Shown here piece after piece: positions 40,128 to 48,558 of a stretch of 55,182 bases of DNA. The DNA is from Acutalibacteraceae bacterium. GTDB lineage: Bacteria; Bacillota; Clostridia; Oscillospirales; Acutalibacteraceae. The stretch is from positions 1 to 55,182 of the forward strand of contig JAZRQG010000134.1 in NCBI GenBank assembly GCA_045649625.1, given 5' to 3'. The notes beneath the pieces were generated by a model. It was given only the letters and a program-made list of their open reading frames with translations. It searched no databases and was not told where the DNA came from. Each line of letters begins with the position of its first letter. Position 1 is the first letter of the stretch. The position numbers and the translations under genes were made by a program.

Positions 40128-41411
40128 ATGATCGATATTAAATTAGTACGCAGCAATCCGGATTATGTGAAGGCTGCTGTTCGTAAACGCGAAATGGATC
40201 TGGATGCGGTTATCGACGAGATCTTGTTGATCGATGCCGAGCGTCGGGAGTTGTCCGGTAAGACGGATGCGCTTAAAGCGCAGCAGAATGCGGCTTCCAA
40301 GAAGATTCCGCAGATCAAGAAAGAGGGTGGCGATGTTTCCGCGATCATGGCGGAGATGAAAGAGCTCTCTTTACAGATCAAAGAGGCTGACGTAAAGATC
40401 GGCGAGCTGGAAGCGAAGCAAAAAGAGCTCATCTACGCGATCCCGAACCTGCCGGACGAGGATCTCATCGGCGGCGGCAAGGAAAACAACGCGGTCGTGC
40501 GTGTTTTCAAGGAAAAACCGCAGTTTTCGTTCCCGATTAAGAATCACGTGGAACTGTGCGAGGATCTGGGCCTGATCGATTACGAGCGCGGTGCGAAGCT
40601 TGCGGGCAACGGTTCGTGGGTATACCGCGGCTGGGGCGCGCGCTTAGAGTGGGCACTGCTCAATTACTTTATCGACGAGCATATTAAGGACGGCTATGAG
40701 TTTATTTTGCCGCCGCATATGCTTGGCTATGACTGCGGTTACGTGGCGGGGCAGTTCCCGAAATTCACCGAAGAGGTGTATTGGATCCAGAATCCGACCA
40801 GTTCTGACAAGAAATTTATGCTGCCGACGGCGGAAACCGCGCTTGTGAACCTGCATCGCGACGAAATTTTGCCGAAAGCGGAGCTTCCGTACAAATATAT
40901 CGCGTATACGCCGTGCTATCGCCGTGAGGCGGGCAGCTATCGTTCTGAGGAGCGCGGCATGATTCGCGGTCACCAGTTCAACAAGGTGGAAATGGTCCAA
41001 TATACTACCGCTGAGGGTTCGGATGCCGCGTTTGAAGAGTTGGTCGGCAAGGCGGAGCGCTTGGTGCAGGGATTAGGCTTGCATTATCAATTAAGCAAGC
41101 TGGCTGCCGGTGATTGCTCGTTCGGTATGGCACGCACCTCGGATATTGAGGTGTGGATCCCCAGCATGGAGATCTATAAGGAAGTCAGTTCCGCGTCCAA
41201 TGCGCGCGATTACCAGGCGCGCCGCGGAAACGTGAAATACCGTGACGATGATGGCAAGCTGAAGCTTGCACACACGCTGAATGCGTCGGGTTTGGCGACC
41301 AGCCGCGTGATTCCTGCCATCGTTGAGCAGTACCAGAACGAGGACGGATCTGTCACCGTTCCGGAGGTCCTACGCAAGTATATGGGGATTGATGTAATCC
41401 GCAAGAGTTAA
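40128..41411 (+). CDS. serS: Seryl-tRNA synthetase
   Basis: 427 aa with an N-terminal coiled-coil arm and class II motifs (YRREAGSYRSEERGMIRGHQFNKVE, GSGLATSR-like NASGLATSRV). Confidence 0.95.
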   Translation: MIDIKLVRSNPDYVKAAVRKREMDLDAVIDEILLIDAERRELSGKTDALKAQQNAASKKIPQIKKEGGDVSAIMAEMKELSLQIKEADVKIGELEAKQKELIYAIPNLPDEDLIGGGKENNAVVRVFKEKPQFSFPIKNHVELCEDLGLIDYERGAKLAGNGSWVYRGWGARLEWALLNYFIDEHIKDGYEFILPPHMLGYDCGYVAGQFPKFTEEVYWIQNPTSSDKKFMLPTAETALVNLHRDEILPKAELPYKYIAYTPCYRREAGSYRSEERGMIRGHQFNKVEMVQYTTAEGSDAAFEELVGKAERLVQGLGLHYQLSKLAAGDCSFGMARTSDIEVWIPSMEIYKEVSSASNARDYQARRGNVKYRDDDGKLKLAHTLNASGLATSRVIPAIVEQYQNEDGSVTVPEVLRKYMGIDVIRKS

Positions 41412-41439
41412 AAAGGTGGATTTTTACCAAGCCTTCGTT

Positions 41440-41514
41440 AAAACAACGGTCAGTTCGAAACCATCCTGACCCTGCATTTCAGATGCAGAAATCAAAACTA
41501 CGGGAGCGACCATC
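41440..41514 (+). ncRNA. Structured queT leader, a candidate preQ1-responsive riboswitch of undetermined class
   Basis: Two adjacent hairpins: GGTCAG (41448-41453) with CTGACC (41466-41471), and CTGCAT (41472-41477) with ATGCAG (41483-41488). An A-rich tail AAATCAAAACTA then runs into the SD GGGAG. queT is a classic preQ1-riboswitch-controlled gene. Confidence 0.3.
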
Positions 41515-42012
41515 ATGCAAAACAGAATACAAACGCTGACCCGAGCGGGTCTTATTGCGGCGGTATACGTTGTACTGACGCTTGTTATCCAGCCGATCGG
41601 CTACGGAACGGTGCAGTTTCGCGTGTCGGAGCTGCTTACGGTACTGCCGGTGTATCTGCCGGAGGCGATACCGGGGCTTGCAGTGGGTTGTTTTGTGTCC
41701 AATTTGGTGGGGTTATCCACCGGCGCCAACCCCGCGGGCGGCTGGGATTTGCTGATTGGTACCGCGGCAACGGCTGCAGCAGCGGTGCTGACCTATCTGT
41801 TGCGAAATGCCCGTTTCAAGAACCTGCCGATCTTGGCAACATTGCCGCCGGTGATTGTCAATGCACTTGCGGTCGGTGCGGAACTTGCCTTGGTGTATGG
41901 CGGGGTGCCGTGGTACGTGCATGTGATCGGTGTGGCGGCGGGACAGCTTATTGCTTGCACGGTGTGCGGTACCGCTTTGGCGGCGGCGCTGAATAAAGTG
42001 AAAACGCTATAA
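41515..42012 (+). CDS. queT: Queuosine-precursor transporter QueT (ECF S-component-like)
   Basis: 165 aa with 5 TM helices. Sequence LTRAGLIAAVYVVLTLVIQPIGYGTVQFRVSELLTVLP fits the QueT/COG4708 family. Confidence 0.85.
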   Translation: MQNRIQTLTRAGLIAAVYVVLTLVIQPIGYGTVQFRVSELLTVLPVYLPEAIPGLAVGCFVSNLVGLSTGANPAGGWDLLIGTAATAAAAVLTYLLRNARFKNLPILATLPPVIVNALAVGAELALVYGGVPWYVHVIGVAAGQLIACTVCGTALAAALNKVKTL

Positions 42013-42016
42013 AGAA

Positions 42017-42050
42017 AACGGACAACTCCGTAATCGGAGTTGTCCGTTTA
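42017..42050. terminator. Bidirectional terminator between queT and the DUF1624 gene
   Basis: A 15-bp perfect stem, AAACGGACAACTCCG with CGGAGTTGTCCGTTT, and a TAAT loop. Confidence 0.8.
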
Positions 42051-42827
42051 GAACAGGGCAGAGACTAGTGCGTCAATTAAAAAGCAAATGCCGTAAATGA
42101 CCGGTTGGTGCAGGAGATAGACCCACAACGTGTGCTTCCCGATTGTGGCGAGGAACGGCACGCGGGAGCGATACAGCGTTTTGGGGAACTTACCCTTTTT
42201 CGCCCATACGCCGATGTAGCTACCCATTAGAAAGCAGAAAAACCACGGAATCAACGGGAAGTAATCCGAAGCATTATACACCGGACATAACCCGAAGGGG
42301 TATAACCACGGCGTATTTGGTGCCGTTAGGGGTATGTACCACTGAAATACACCGTCGATGCCGAAATAGCCGCCACTGTCAAACGGCACGTGCCAGCACA
42401 GAAACAGAAGAACGGCATTTATCAGGATGCCGAGCCACGGCGGGATCAATTGCAGGGTGGGGCGGAACAGGGTGTAGAGCAAAATACACGCCGCCAAACA
42501 GTGCAGAACACCGAACCACACGTACGAGCTGCGGTCCAACACTCCCCAAAATACGGCGCACCACATGACAAGGGATAGCAGCGCCGCGGCGCCGGCAAGA
42601 AACAAGCCGCGTTTCAGATTGCTGTGTGACAGATGACAGGAAATACCGCAGATCAAAACAAACACACCCGCAAAAACCGGCTGGATCGGTGTAAAGAAAT
42701 TAAACAGCGTGCGCGCGAATGCGACATCGAACAAGTAACCGACGACATAAAATGCGTGGTAAAACACCATCAGCACAATACAGAGTCCACGTAGCTCGTC
42801 CAAAAAGCGAATGCGGCCTCGCGCCAT
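42048..42827 (-). CDS. DUF1624 / HGSNAT-like membrane acyltransferase-family protein
   Basis: MARGRIRFLDELRGLCIVLMVFYHAFY, polytopic. The ATG at 42827 is 8 nt after GGGAGG. The track start at 42869 is an extension. Confidence 0.75.
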   Translation of the reverse strand: MARGRIRFLDELRGLCIVLMVFYHAFYVVGYLFDVAFARTLFNFFTPIQPVFAGVFVLICGISCHLSHSNLKRGLFLAGAAALLSLVMWCAVFWGVLDRSSYVWFGVLHCLAACILLYTLFRPTLQLIPPWLGILINAVLLFLCWHVPFDSGGYFGIDGVFQWYIPLTAPNTPWLYPFGLCPVYNASDYFPLIPWFFCFLMGSYIGVWAKKGKFPKTLYRSRVPFLATIGKHTLWVYLLHQPVIYGICFLIDALVSALF

Positions 42828-42941
42828 CGCACACACCTCCCTTTTATTCAGTATAAAACATTGTATCACGACACCTGTAAAAACGCAAGTTGTTTACAAA
42901 TCGTATAATATAAAGCAAACTATACAGAGAGGATTCTGAAA

Positions 42942-43646
42942 ATGTCGGCATTATGGGGAACATGGGTCAATGTGGCGGCAATTATCGTCGGGTCGTTGGC
43001 GGGATTGCTGCTGAAAAAAGGGTTGCCGGAGCGCGTTTCCGGCATGCTGAACATTGCCGTGGGGCTGTGTGTCGCGTATATCGGTATTGACGGTTGTTTA
43101 TCCGGTGAGAATATGCTGGTAGCGGTGCTATCGATGGTGATCGGCGCGGTGATCGGCGAGCTGTTGGATCTGGACGGCAAGTTGAATCGCTTAGGGCAAG
43201 CGGTACAAAACCGTTTTGCTAAGGGCAAAGGCGGCGAATCGACGATTGCCCAGTCGTTTGTAAGCGCAAGTTTATTGTTCTGTGTTGGGGCGATGGCGAT
43301 TGTCGGCTCGTTGCAAAGCGGTATCAGCGGGGATCACAACACCTTATACGTCAAATCCATTTTGGATGGTATTTCGTCCATTGTATTTGCCACAACGCTG
43401 GGCGGAGGCGTCCTGCTTTCGGTGATCCCGCTGTTTTTGTATCAGGGGACGATCGCGCTGTTGGCGCAGTTTATTGCGCCGTATTTAAGTGAGGCGGTGA
43501 TCGCAGAAATGACCTGCGTTGGCTCGCTGCTGATTTTAGCGCTGGCGTTTAATCTGCTGAAGATTACCAAGATCAAAGTGGCAAATTTACTGCCGGCGGT
43601 GTTATTCCCGATTGTCTTGTGTCCGTTGTATCAATTGATTTTTTAA
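42942..43646 (+). CDS. DUF554 family membrane protein (YdfK-like)
   Basis: 234 aa. GTWVNVAAIIVGSLAGLLLKKGLPER ... LFCVGAMAIVGSLQSG ... SILDG matches the DUF554 pattern. Confidence 0.85.
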   Translation: MSALWGTWVNVAAIIVGSLAGLLLKKGLPERVSGMLNIAVGLCVAYIGIDGCLSGENMLVAVLSMVIGAVIGELLDLDGKLNRLGQAVQNRFAKGKGGESTIAQSFVSASLLFCVGAMAIVGSLQSGISGDHNTLYVKSILDGISSIVFATTLGGGVLLSVIPLFLYQGTIALLAQFIAPYLSEAVIAEMTCVGSLLILALAFNLLKITKIKVANLLPAVLFPIVLCPLYQLIF

Positions 43647-43960
43647 TAACTTCCAATTAGCCTCTCTTGTGCAAAGGGAGGTTTTTTTACGGATTTTTTG
43701 TCAACGCCTCGGCAATCAAGCTTAACTTTGAGAGAAAACCCGCCGCAAAATGCCTGCTCAGCGATGCTTGTGACACATTCGTCGACACAGTCGGTGTAGG
43801 CATCCAAGATGTTTGCCGACGTTTTGTCGGCGGTGGTCTGCAATTTCTCCAAATTACGTTGCATAAGGGCTTCTAACTGTTCTATTTCCGCGTTGTTTTG
43901 ACCTAAATCGCGTATGGGGTCTAACTTATCGTTCCAAAGATCAATAATAGTTTCTGACAT
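43643..43960 (-). CDS. Small hypothetical protein of a Clostridia mobile-element-associated family
   Basis: 105 aa with a strong RBS (AAGGAGG, 5 nt). The pattern LWNDKLDP...EIEQLEALMQRNLEKL...AEQAFCGGFSLKVKL resembles the small proteins usually found beside XRE genes on clostridial ICE/phage DNA; from memory these are annotated DUF6809. The C-terminal tail reads through the opposing terminator, so the 3' end may be degenerate. Confidence 0.5.
   Translation of the reverse strand: MSETIIDLWNDKLDPIRDLGQNNAEIEQLEALMQRNLEKLQTTADKTSANILDAYTDCVDECVTSIAEQAFCGGFSLKVKLDCRGVDKKSVKKPPFAQERLIGSY
43661..43688 (+). terminator. Intrinsic terminator after the DUF554 gene
   Basis: CCTCTCTT (43661-43668) pairs with AAGGGAGG (43674-43681), followed by T7. 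Confidence 0.7.
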
Positions 43961-44079
43961 AGCGGCCTCCTTTAGAATCCTAAAAGGTTCCGCCGTTGCT
44001 TATATTATCGCACCTCTTAAGGTGCAGTCAAGCGCAACTTATAAAGTTCGTGTGTAATAATCAAAAGAGGTGTTAGCGG

Positions 44080-44328
44080 ATGGAACATTATGAAACACTA
44101 AAAGAAATAAGAGAAGATAACAACTTAACACAGAGCGATATTGCCGGCCCATTAAAAACGACCCGACAGTAGGTGGGTAAATGGGAAAACGGTGTGCAAA
44201 TGATGGGCGTTGACAAGTACATAGTGTTGGCAAAGTATTACAATCTATCGCTTGATTATTTACTGGGGTTGATTGATACGCCAAGAATGCTGCAGCAACC
44301 GTCAACTTCCGCTGTAAAAAAGTGTTGA
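44080..44328 (+). pseudogene. XRE-family HTH regulator gene interrupted by an in-frame TAG
   Basis: Absent from the ORF track. The ATG at 44080 (RBS AAAGAGG) gives MEHYETLKEIREDNNLTQSDIAGPLKTTRQ. TAG follows at 44170-44172, then VGKWENGVQMMGVDKYIVLAKYYNLSLDYLLGLIDTPR... in the same frame to the TGA at 44328. Confidence 0.6.
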
Positions 44329-44353
44329 CAGCGGGAATATCGTATGCTATACT
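44325..44353 (+). promoter_or_regulatory. Near-consensus sigma-A promoter of the rplU-prp-rpmA operon
   Basis: TTGACA (44325-44330), a 17-nt spacer, then TATACT (44348-44353). The -35 element overlaps the stop codon of the broken XRE gene. Confidence 0.6.
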
Positions 44354-44456
44354 AAGCGTTGCCGCTTGTTCCGGGCGGTGTTTTGTCGTGCGATAAAACA
44401 CCACAAGCTTAAGTCGCCCGAGCGCAGCGAGTCTAAAGAAAAGGCAGGTACAAAGT
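44354..44456 (+). promoter_or_regulatory. Candidate L21 ribosomal-protein leader
   Basis: A 5' UTR of about 100 nt. The inner stem is GGTGTTTT (44377-44384) with AAAACACC (44394-44401). The outer pairing is CGGGCG with CGCCCG. Its position upstream of rplU fits the Firmicutes L21-leader autoregulatory element. Confidence 0.45.
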
Positions 44457-44813
44457 ATGTACGCCATTATTGAAACCGGCGGCAAGCAGTACAAAGTGCA
44501 AAACGGCGACGTTTTGTTCATTGAAAAGCTGGATGCAGCCGAAGACGCCCAGGTAAAACTGGATCAGGTTGTGGCTCTGCACAACGACAAGGAACTGAAG
44601 ATCGGTTCCCCGTATCTGAAGGGCGCGTACGTGGATGCGAAGGTCCTGAAGAACGGCAAGTCGAAGAAGATCACTGTGTTCACCTATCGTCCTAAGAAGG
44701 GCAGCAAGCGTGCCATGGGTCATCGTCAGCCCTACACCAAGGTGCAGATCGAAGGCATCCATGCCAGAGCGCCCCGCGCTCCCAAGGCGGAGGCTCCCGC
44801 AGAGGAAGCATGA
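44457..44813 (+). CDS. rplU: 50S ribosomal protein L21
   Basis: [14 protein letters not shown] ... RRKKGYRKK-like [22 protein letters not shown], with an Ala/Pro-rich C-tail. Confidence 0.95.
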   Translation: MYAIIETGGKQYKVQNGDVLFIEKLDAAEDAQVKLDQVVALHNDKELKIGSPYLKGAYVDAKVLKNGKSKKITVFTYRPKKGSKRAMGHRQPYTKVQIEGIHARAPRAPKAEAPAEEA

Positions 44814-45127
44814 TTTGCGCGAAATTGCTGACGCGGAACGGTTCGCTGTGCGGATTTGACGTGCAGGGACATTCCGGATCGGCGGTATCCGGTCAGGATA
44901 TTGTGTGTGCGGCAGTATCGTCGGCAGTGTATATGGCGGCCAACACCCTCACTGAGGTGAGCGGATGCGTGGCAGACATTCACGAAGCAGACGGGCAGCT
45001 CTCATTCACGGTGTCCAAAGCGGATACACAAAAAGCGCAAGAAGTCCTCAGCGGCCTTCACATTCATTTGCAGGGGCTTTCTGCCCAGTATCCCCAATTT
45101 ATCAAGATACAACTTACGGAGGTGTAA
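44810..45127 (+). CDS. prp: Ribosomal-processing cysteine protease Prp (YsxB)
   Basis: 105 aa with GFDVQGHSG...[10 protein letters not shown] (the His/Cys dyad). It sits between rplU and rpmA. Confidence 0.85.
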   Translation: MICAKLLTRNGSLCGFDVQGHSGSAVSGQDIVCAAVSSAVYMAANTLTEVSGCVADIHEADGQLSFTVSKADTQKAQEVLSGLHIHLQGLSAQYPQFIKIQLTEV

Positions 45128-45131
45128 CGAT

Positions 45132-45416
45132 ATGTTGAAGATCAACATCCAGCTGTTCGCCCATAAAAAAGGTATGGGTTCCACCAAGAACGGCCGTGAT
45201 TCCGAATCCAAGCGCCTGGGCGCAAAACGTGCGGACGGTCAGTTCGTGCTCGCCGGCAATATCTTAGTTCGTCAGCGTGGTACGCACATCCATCCCGGTC
45301 TGAACGTCGGTATCGGTTCGGACGATACTCTGTATGCCAAAGCGGACGGCACCGTTCGTTTCGAGCGTATGGGTAAAGATCGCAAGCGCGTGAGCGTCTA
45401 CGAAGTCGAGCAATGA
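45132..45416 (+). CDS. rpmA: 50S ribosomal protein L27 with a cleavable N-terminal extension
   Basis: The sequence [30 protein letters not shown] carries the Prp cleavage motif ahead of the conserved AHKK N-terminus. Confidence 0.95.
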   Translation: MLKINIQLFAHKKGMGSTKNGRDSESKRLGAKRADGQFVLAGNILVRQRGTHIHPGLNVGIGSDDTLYAKADGTVRFERMGKDRKRVSVYEVEQ

Positions 45417-45426
45417 TCGGAAAAAA

Positions 45427-45456
45427 GCCTTGTCGTTTGGCGACAAGGCTTTTTTT
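45427..45456 (+). terminator. Intrinsic terminator after rpmA
   Basis: GCCTTGTCG pairs with CGACAAGGC, followed by T7 and preceded by A6. Confidence 0.8.
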
Positions 45457-45529
45457 GTGAAAAGACTACCATATTTGTATAGTTTTGTGGTACACTAAAA
45501 GCAATACTAAACCAAAGGAACGAAAAAGT

Positions 45530-46801
45530 ATGTTTATTGATAAGGCGGTCATCCGCATTAAGGCCGGAAATGGCGGAAACGGTGCGGTATCCTTTCATCG
45601 TGAAAAATACGTAGCCGCGGGTGGTCCCGACGGCGGCGACGGCGGCAGAGGCGGTAATATCGTGTTTGTGCCGCAGGATGGCAGTAATACGCTGTCGGAT
45701 TTTCGCTATAAGCGGAAATTCTCGGCACCTGCGGGTGAAAACGGCGGCGCGAAGCGCTGTTTTGGTAAAACCGGTGAAGATCTTATCATCCCGGTACCGC
45801 GCGGCACGCTGATCTACGATAACGAAAGCGGTCGGCTGATGGCAGATATGTCGGGTGATGAGCCGTTTGTTGCCGCGAAAGGTGGCAGAGGTGGTTGGGG
45901 TAATTCCCATTTTGCTACTGCCACGCGGCAAGTGCCGCGGTTTGCCAAACCCGGTGTGCCGGGCGAGGAAGTTGAGGTGCGACTAGAGCTCAAGCTGCTT
46001 GCGGACGTGGGACTGGTTGGATTCCCAAACGTGGGAAAATCCACCTTGATCTCGGTTGTGAGTGAAGCAAAACCCGAAATTGCCAATTATCACTTTACGA
46101 CCATCACACCGGTGCTTGGTGTGGTGCGTGTCGCCGAGGGAGCCTCTTTTGTGATGGCGGATATTCCCGGTGTTATCGAGGGCGCGAGCGAAGGTGTCGG
46201 ACTGGGTCACGAGTTTTTGCGGCACGTCGAGCGTTGCCGCCTGCTTGTGCACGTGGTAGACGTGGCGGGTAGCGAGGGTCGCGACCCGCTGAAGGATTTT
46301 GATACCATTAACTGTGAGTTGGAGCGGTTTAATCCCGAACTTGCCAAGTGTCCCATGTTGGTGGCGGGAAACAAGTGCGACCTCGCCACAGACGAGCAGT
46401 TGCAGGCGTTTGAGAACGCTATGCGCGAGCGGGGATTTGAATATTTCCCCATGATGGCGGCGATTTCTCATGGTACGGGCGAACTTGTCAACCGTTGTGC
46501 CGCCAAACTTGCTGAGTTGCCGCCGATCCGCACCTTTGAGGCGGAGCCGATTCCGCTTGCGGAGATCGATACACTTCGCGATCGGTCGGTGCGCATCGAA
46601 AACCACGGTGGCGTGTTCTTCGTGGAAGCCGAATGGTTGCTGAAACTGTTACAGACCATCGATTTTCAGGAGCCCGACAGTCTGCAATATTTCGAGCGGG
46701 TGCTGCAATCCAGTGGCGTTATTAAGCAGTTGGAGGAAGCGGGTGTGCAGGAAGGCGACACAGTGAGCATCTACGATCTTGAGTTTGACTTTGTGGTATG
46801 A
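45530..46801 (+). CDS. obg: GTPase Obg/CgtA
   Basis: Has the Obg fold MFIDKAVIRIKAGNGGNG, Gly-rich repeats, the G domain GFPNVGKST / DIPG / NKCD, and a C-terminal OCT domain. The ATG at 45530 is the likely start. The track start at 45485 is an extension. Confidence 0.93.
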   Translation: MFIDKAVIRIKAGNGGNGAVSFHREKYVAAGGPDGGDGGRGGNIVFVPQDGSNTLSDFRYKRKFSAPAGENGGAKRCFGKTGEDLIIPVPRGTLIYDNESGRLMADMSGDEPFVAAKGGRGGWGNSHFATATRQVPRFAKPGVPGEEVEVRLELKLLADVGLVGFPNVGKSTLISVVSEAKPEIANYHFTTITPVLGVVRVAEGASFVMADIPGVIEGASEGVGLGHEFLRHVERCRLLVHVVDVAGSEGRDPLKDFDTINCELERFNPELAKCPMLVAGNKCDLATDEQLQAFENAMRERGFEYFPMMAAISHGTGELVNRCAAKLAELPPIRTFEAEPIPLAEIDTLRDRSVRIENHGGVFFVEAEWLLKLLQTIDFQEPDSLQYFERVLQSSGVIKQLEEAGVQEGDTVSIYDLEFDFVV

Positions 46802-47214
46802 TGGGAGAGAGTGTTATGGATCGGCTTTGCCCGATGGACGTGGATCTGCACGGTGTCAGCCCGCTGAATTTGGCGTTTGTGGGTGACGGTGTGTATGATC
46901 TGATGGTGCGGGAACGCTTGGTATGTCTTGCCAATCGCCCCAATAAAGAGCTGCACCAGTTAGCGGTAAAACAAGTGCGTGCCGAAGCGCAGGCGGCGGC
47001 GTTGGACAAGCTGTTGCCGACACTTTCCGAAGAAGAAGCAGCCGTTTACCGACGCGGCAGAAATGCGCACACTTCTCGCTCCGGCGGAGATTATCACAAG
47101 GCGACGGGCCTTGAAGCCTTGTTTGGGTATTTGTATTTGTCCGGTCGCGTGGACCGTGTTCGCGAGCTGTTTGCGGTGATTGTTGAGGGGGAGACATCGT
47201 TTGAAACGACCTGA
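46798..47214 (+). CDS. mrnC: Mini-ribonuclease 3
   Basis: Contains LNLAFVGDGVYDLMVRE ... YRRGRNA ... ATGLEALFGYLYL. It overlaps the obg stop by ATGA. An alternative ATG lies at 46816. Confidence 0.85.
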   Translation: MMGESVMDRLCPMDVDLHGVSPLNLAFVGDGVYDLMVRERLVCLANRPNKELHQLAVKQVRAEAQAAALDKLLPTLSEEEAAVYRRGRNAHTSRSGGDYHKATGLEALFGYLYLSGRVDRVRELFAVIVEGETSFETT

Positions 47215-48073
47215 CAGCCGTCAGGATGTTAAACGAATTGTAATAGATGTTATATATTATACAATAGGTAGTTTGCTATATGCGGTTTCGGTCAACTGCT
47301 TCAGTGCACCGAATCACATTGCGCCGGGCGGATTGACAGGCATTGCCACGATGATCCATTATGTGGTGCCCAGAGCGCCCATCGGGCTTACCATTCTGGT
47401 TTTAAATGTTCCGTTACTGGTGACGGCGTGGCTATGCATTAGTCGCACATTTACCGCTCGCACGATGTTGTGTACGGCACTGTCCACCGTGGTCATGGAT
47501 GCGTTGGCGCCATTTTTGCCGATGTATCAAGGCGATATGTTTTTGGTGTCTGTGATGGGCGGCGTGTTTTCAGGCGTGGGACTGGGGCTGATTTTTCTGC
47601 GCGGCGGGTCAACCGGTGGGACAGAGGTGGTCGCGCGATTGTTGGAACGGCGTTTTCCGTACGTGCCGGTGGGCAGGCTGATGCTGATCGTGGATGCCGT
47701 GGTGATCGTGGCCTCGGTGTTTGTTTTTAGTAATATTGAGAGTGCGATGTACGCGGTTGTGCTGACCTTTGTGGCATCGACGCTGATTGATGCGTTAGTG
47801 TACGGCGGAGTAGGCGGTAAGCTTGTGCTGATCTTCAGTAAACAGCAGGAGGAGATCACCGCCGCCGTTTTGAAAACCATTAACCGCGGGGTCACGAAAC
47901 TACGCAGTCGTGGCGGGTACACGGGTGAGGACAGCGAAGTGCTTTTGTGTGCGGTCAGGCGGACGCAGGTGTATGCGCTGCGACAGTTGGTGGCAAAACT
48001 GGATCCATCAGCGTTTATTGTTATTGCCTCGGCTGAGGAGGTCTTGGGGCAAGGGTTTCAGGCCATCCAATAA
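47201..48073 (+). CDS. YitT-family membrane protein (DUF2179 C-terminal domain)
   Basis: Contains YYTIGSLLYAVSVNCFSAPNHIAPGGLTGIA, 5-6 TM helices and the DUF2179 domain. The TTG at 47201 is 7 nt after GAGGGGGAG. The exact start is uncertain (the track gives 47180). Confidence 0.8.
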   Translation: MKRPDSRQDVKRIVIDVIYYTIGSLLYAVSVNCFSAPNHIAPGGLTGIATMIHYVVPRAPIGLTILVLNVPLLVTAWLCISRTFTARTMLCTALSTVVMDALAPFLPMYQGDMFLVSVMGGVFSGVGLGLIFLRGGSTGGTEVVARLLERRFPYVPVGRLMLIVDAVVIVASVFVFSNIESAMYAVVLTFVASTLIDALVYGGVGGKLVLIFSKQQEEITAAVLKTINRGVTKLRSRGGYTGEDSEVLLCAVRRTQVYALRQLVAKLDPSAFIVIASAEEVLGQGFQAIQ

Positions 48074-48100
48074 AAATTTGTGAAAAAAGCAAAAAAGCCA

Positions 48101-48129
48101 TTGACAAATCCCTCGAATATGAATACTAT
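48101..48129 (+). promoter_or_regulatory. Candidate promoter of acpP
   Basis: TTGACA (48101-48106), a 17-nt spacer, then TACTAT (48124-48129). Confidence 0.5.
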
Positions 48130-48177
48130 TTTCATAGAGACTTTAAACACTAGTAAGATTCTTAGGAGGAACAACGT

Positions 48178-48405
48178 ATGGTCTTTGAAAAGCTCAGAAC
48201 AATTCTCAGCCATCAGTTTGATGTTGAGAAGGATACGATCACACCGGAAACGAACATCATGGAGGATCTGGGTGCCGATTCTTTGGATGTTGTCGATATG
48301 CTGATGTCATTGGAAGATGAATTTGACGTTGAGATCCCCGATGAGGAGATCGAGAAAATGCGTACGGTCGCAGAGGTTGTCGCTTACATTGAGGAAAACA
48401 CCTAA
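48178..48405 (+). CDS. acpP: Acyl carrier protein
   Basis: 75 aa and acidic, with the phosphopantetheine site LGADSLDVVDM. Confidence 0.9.
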   Translation: MVFEKLRTILSHQFDVEKDTITPETNIMEDLGADSLDVVDMLMSLEDEFDVEIPDEEIEKMRTVAEVVAYIEENT

Positions 48406-48415
48406 TATAGTAAAA

Positions 48416-48441
48416 GCCGCGGCCGGACAGCCGCGGCTTTT
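48416..48441 (+). terminator. Intrinsic terminator after acpP
   Basis: GCCGCGGC (48416-48423) pairs with GCCGCGGC (48430-48437), followed by TTTT. Confidence 0.7.
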
Positions 48442-48480
48442 GTTGTATATGAAAACCACGCGATAGTCGTAAAACATTGG

Positions 48481-48507
48481 GGACGGTTAGCGTGAAAGTC
48501 CCCTGTG
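48481..48507. repeat. Left inverted repeat
   Basis: GGACGGTTAGCGTGAAAGTCCcCTGtG. Confidence 0.9.
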
Positions 48508-48558
48508 TTGACCTATTGCTTTTTTGGGGTGTATCTGGGAAATTAGGATGGTGGTAAA

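Noticed and set aside
44039-44521. A 160-aa minus-strand ORF spanning the broken XRE gene, the rplU promoter and the rplU start.
   Set aside because: It overlaps a near-consensus promoter, a structured leader and the rplU 5' end. It has no RBS and a hydrophobic, low-complexity translation. The plus-strand HTH reading is far more convincing.
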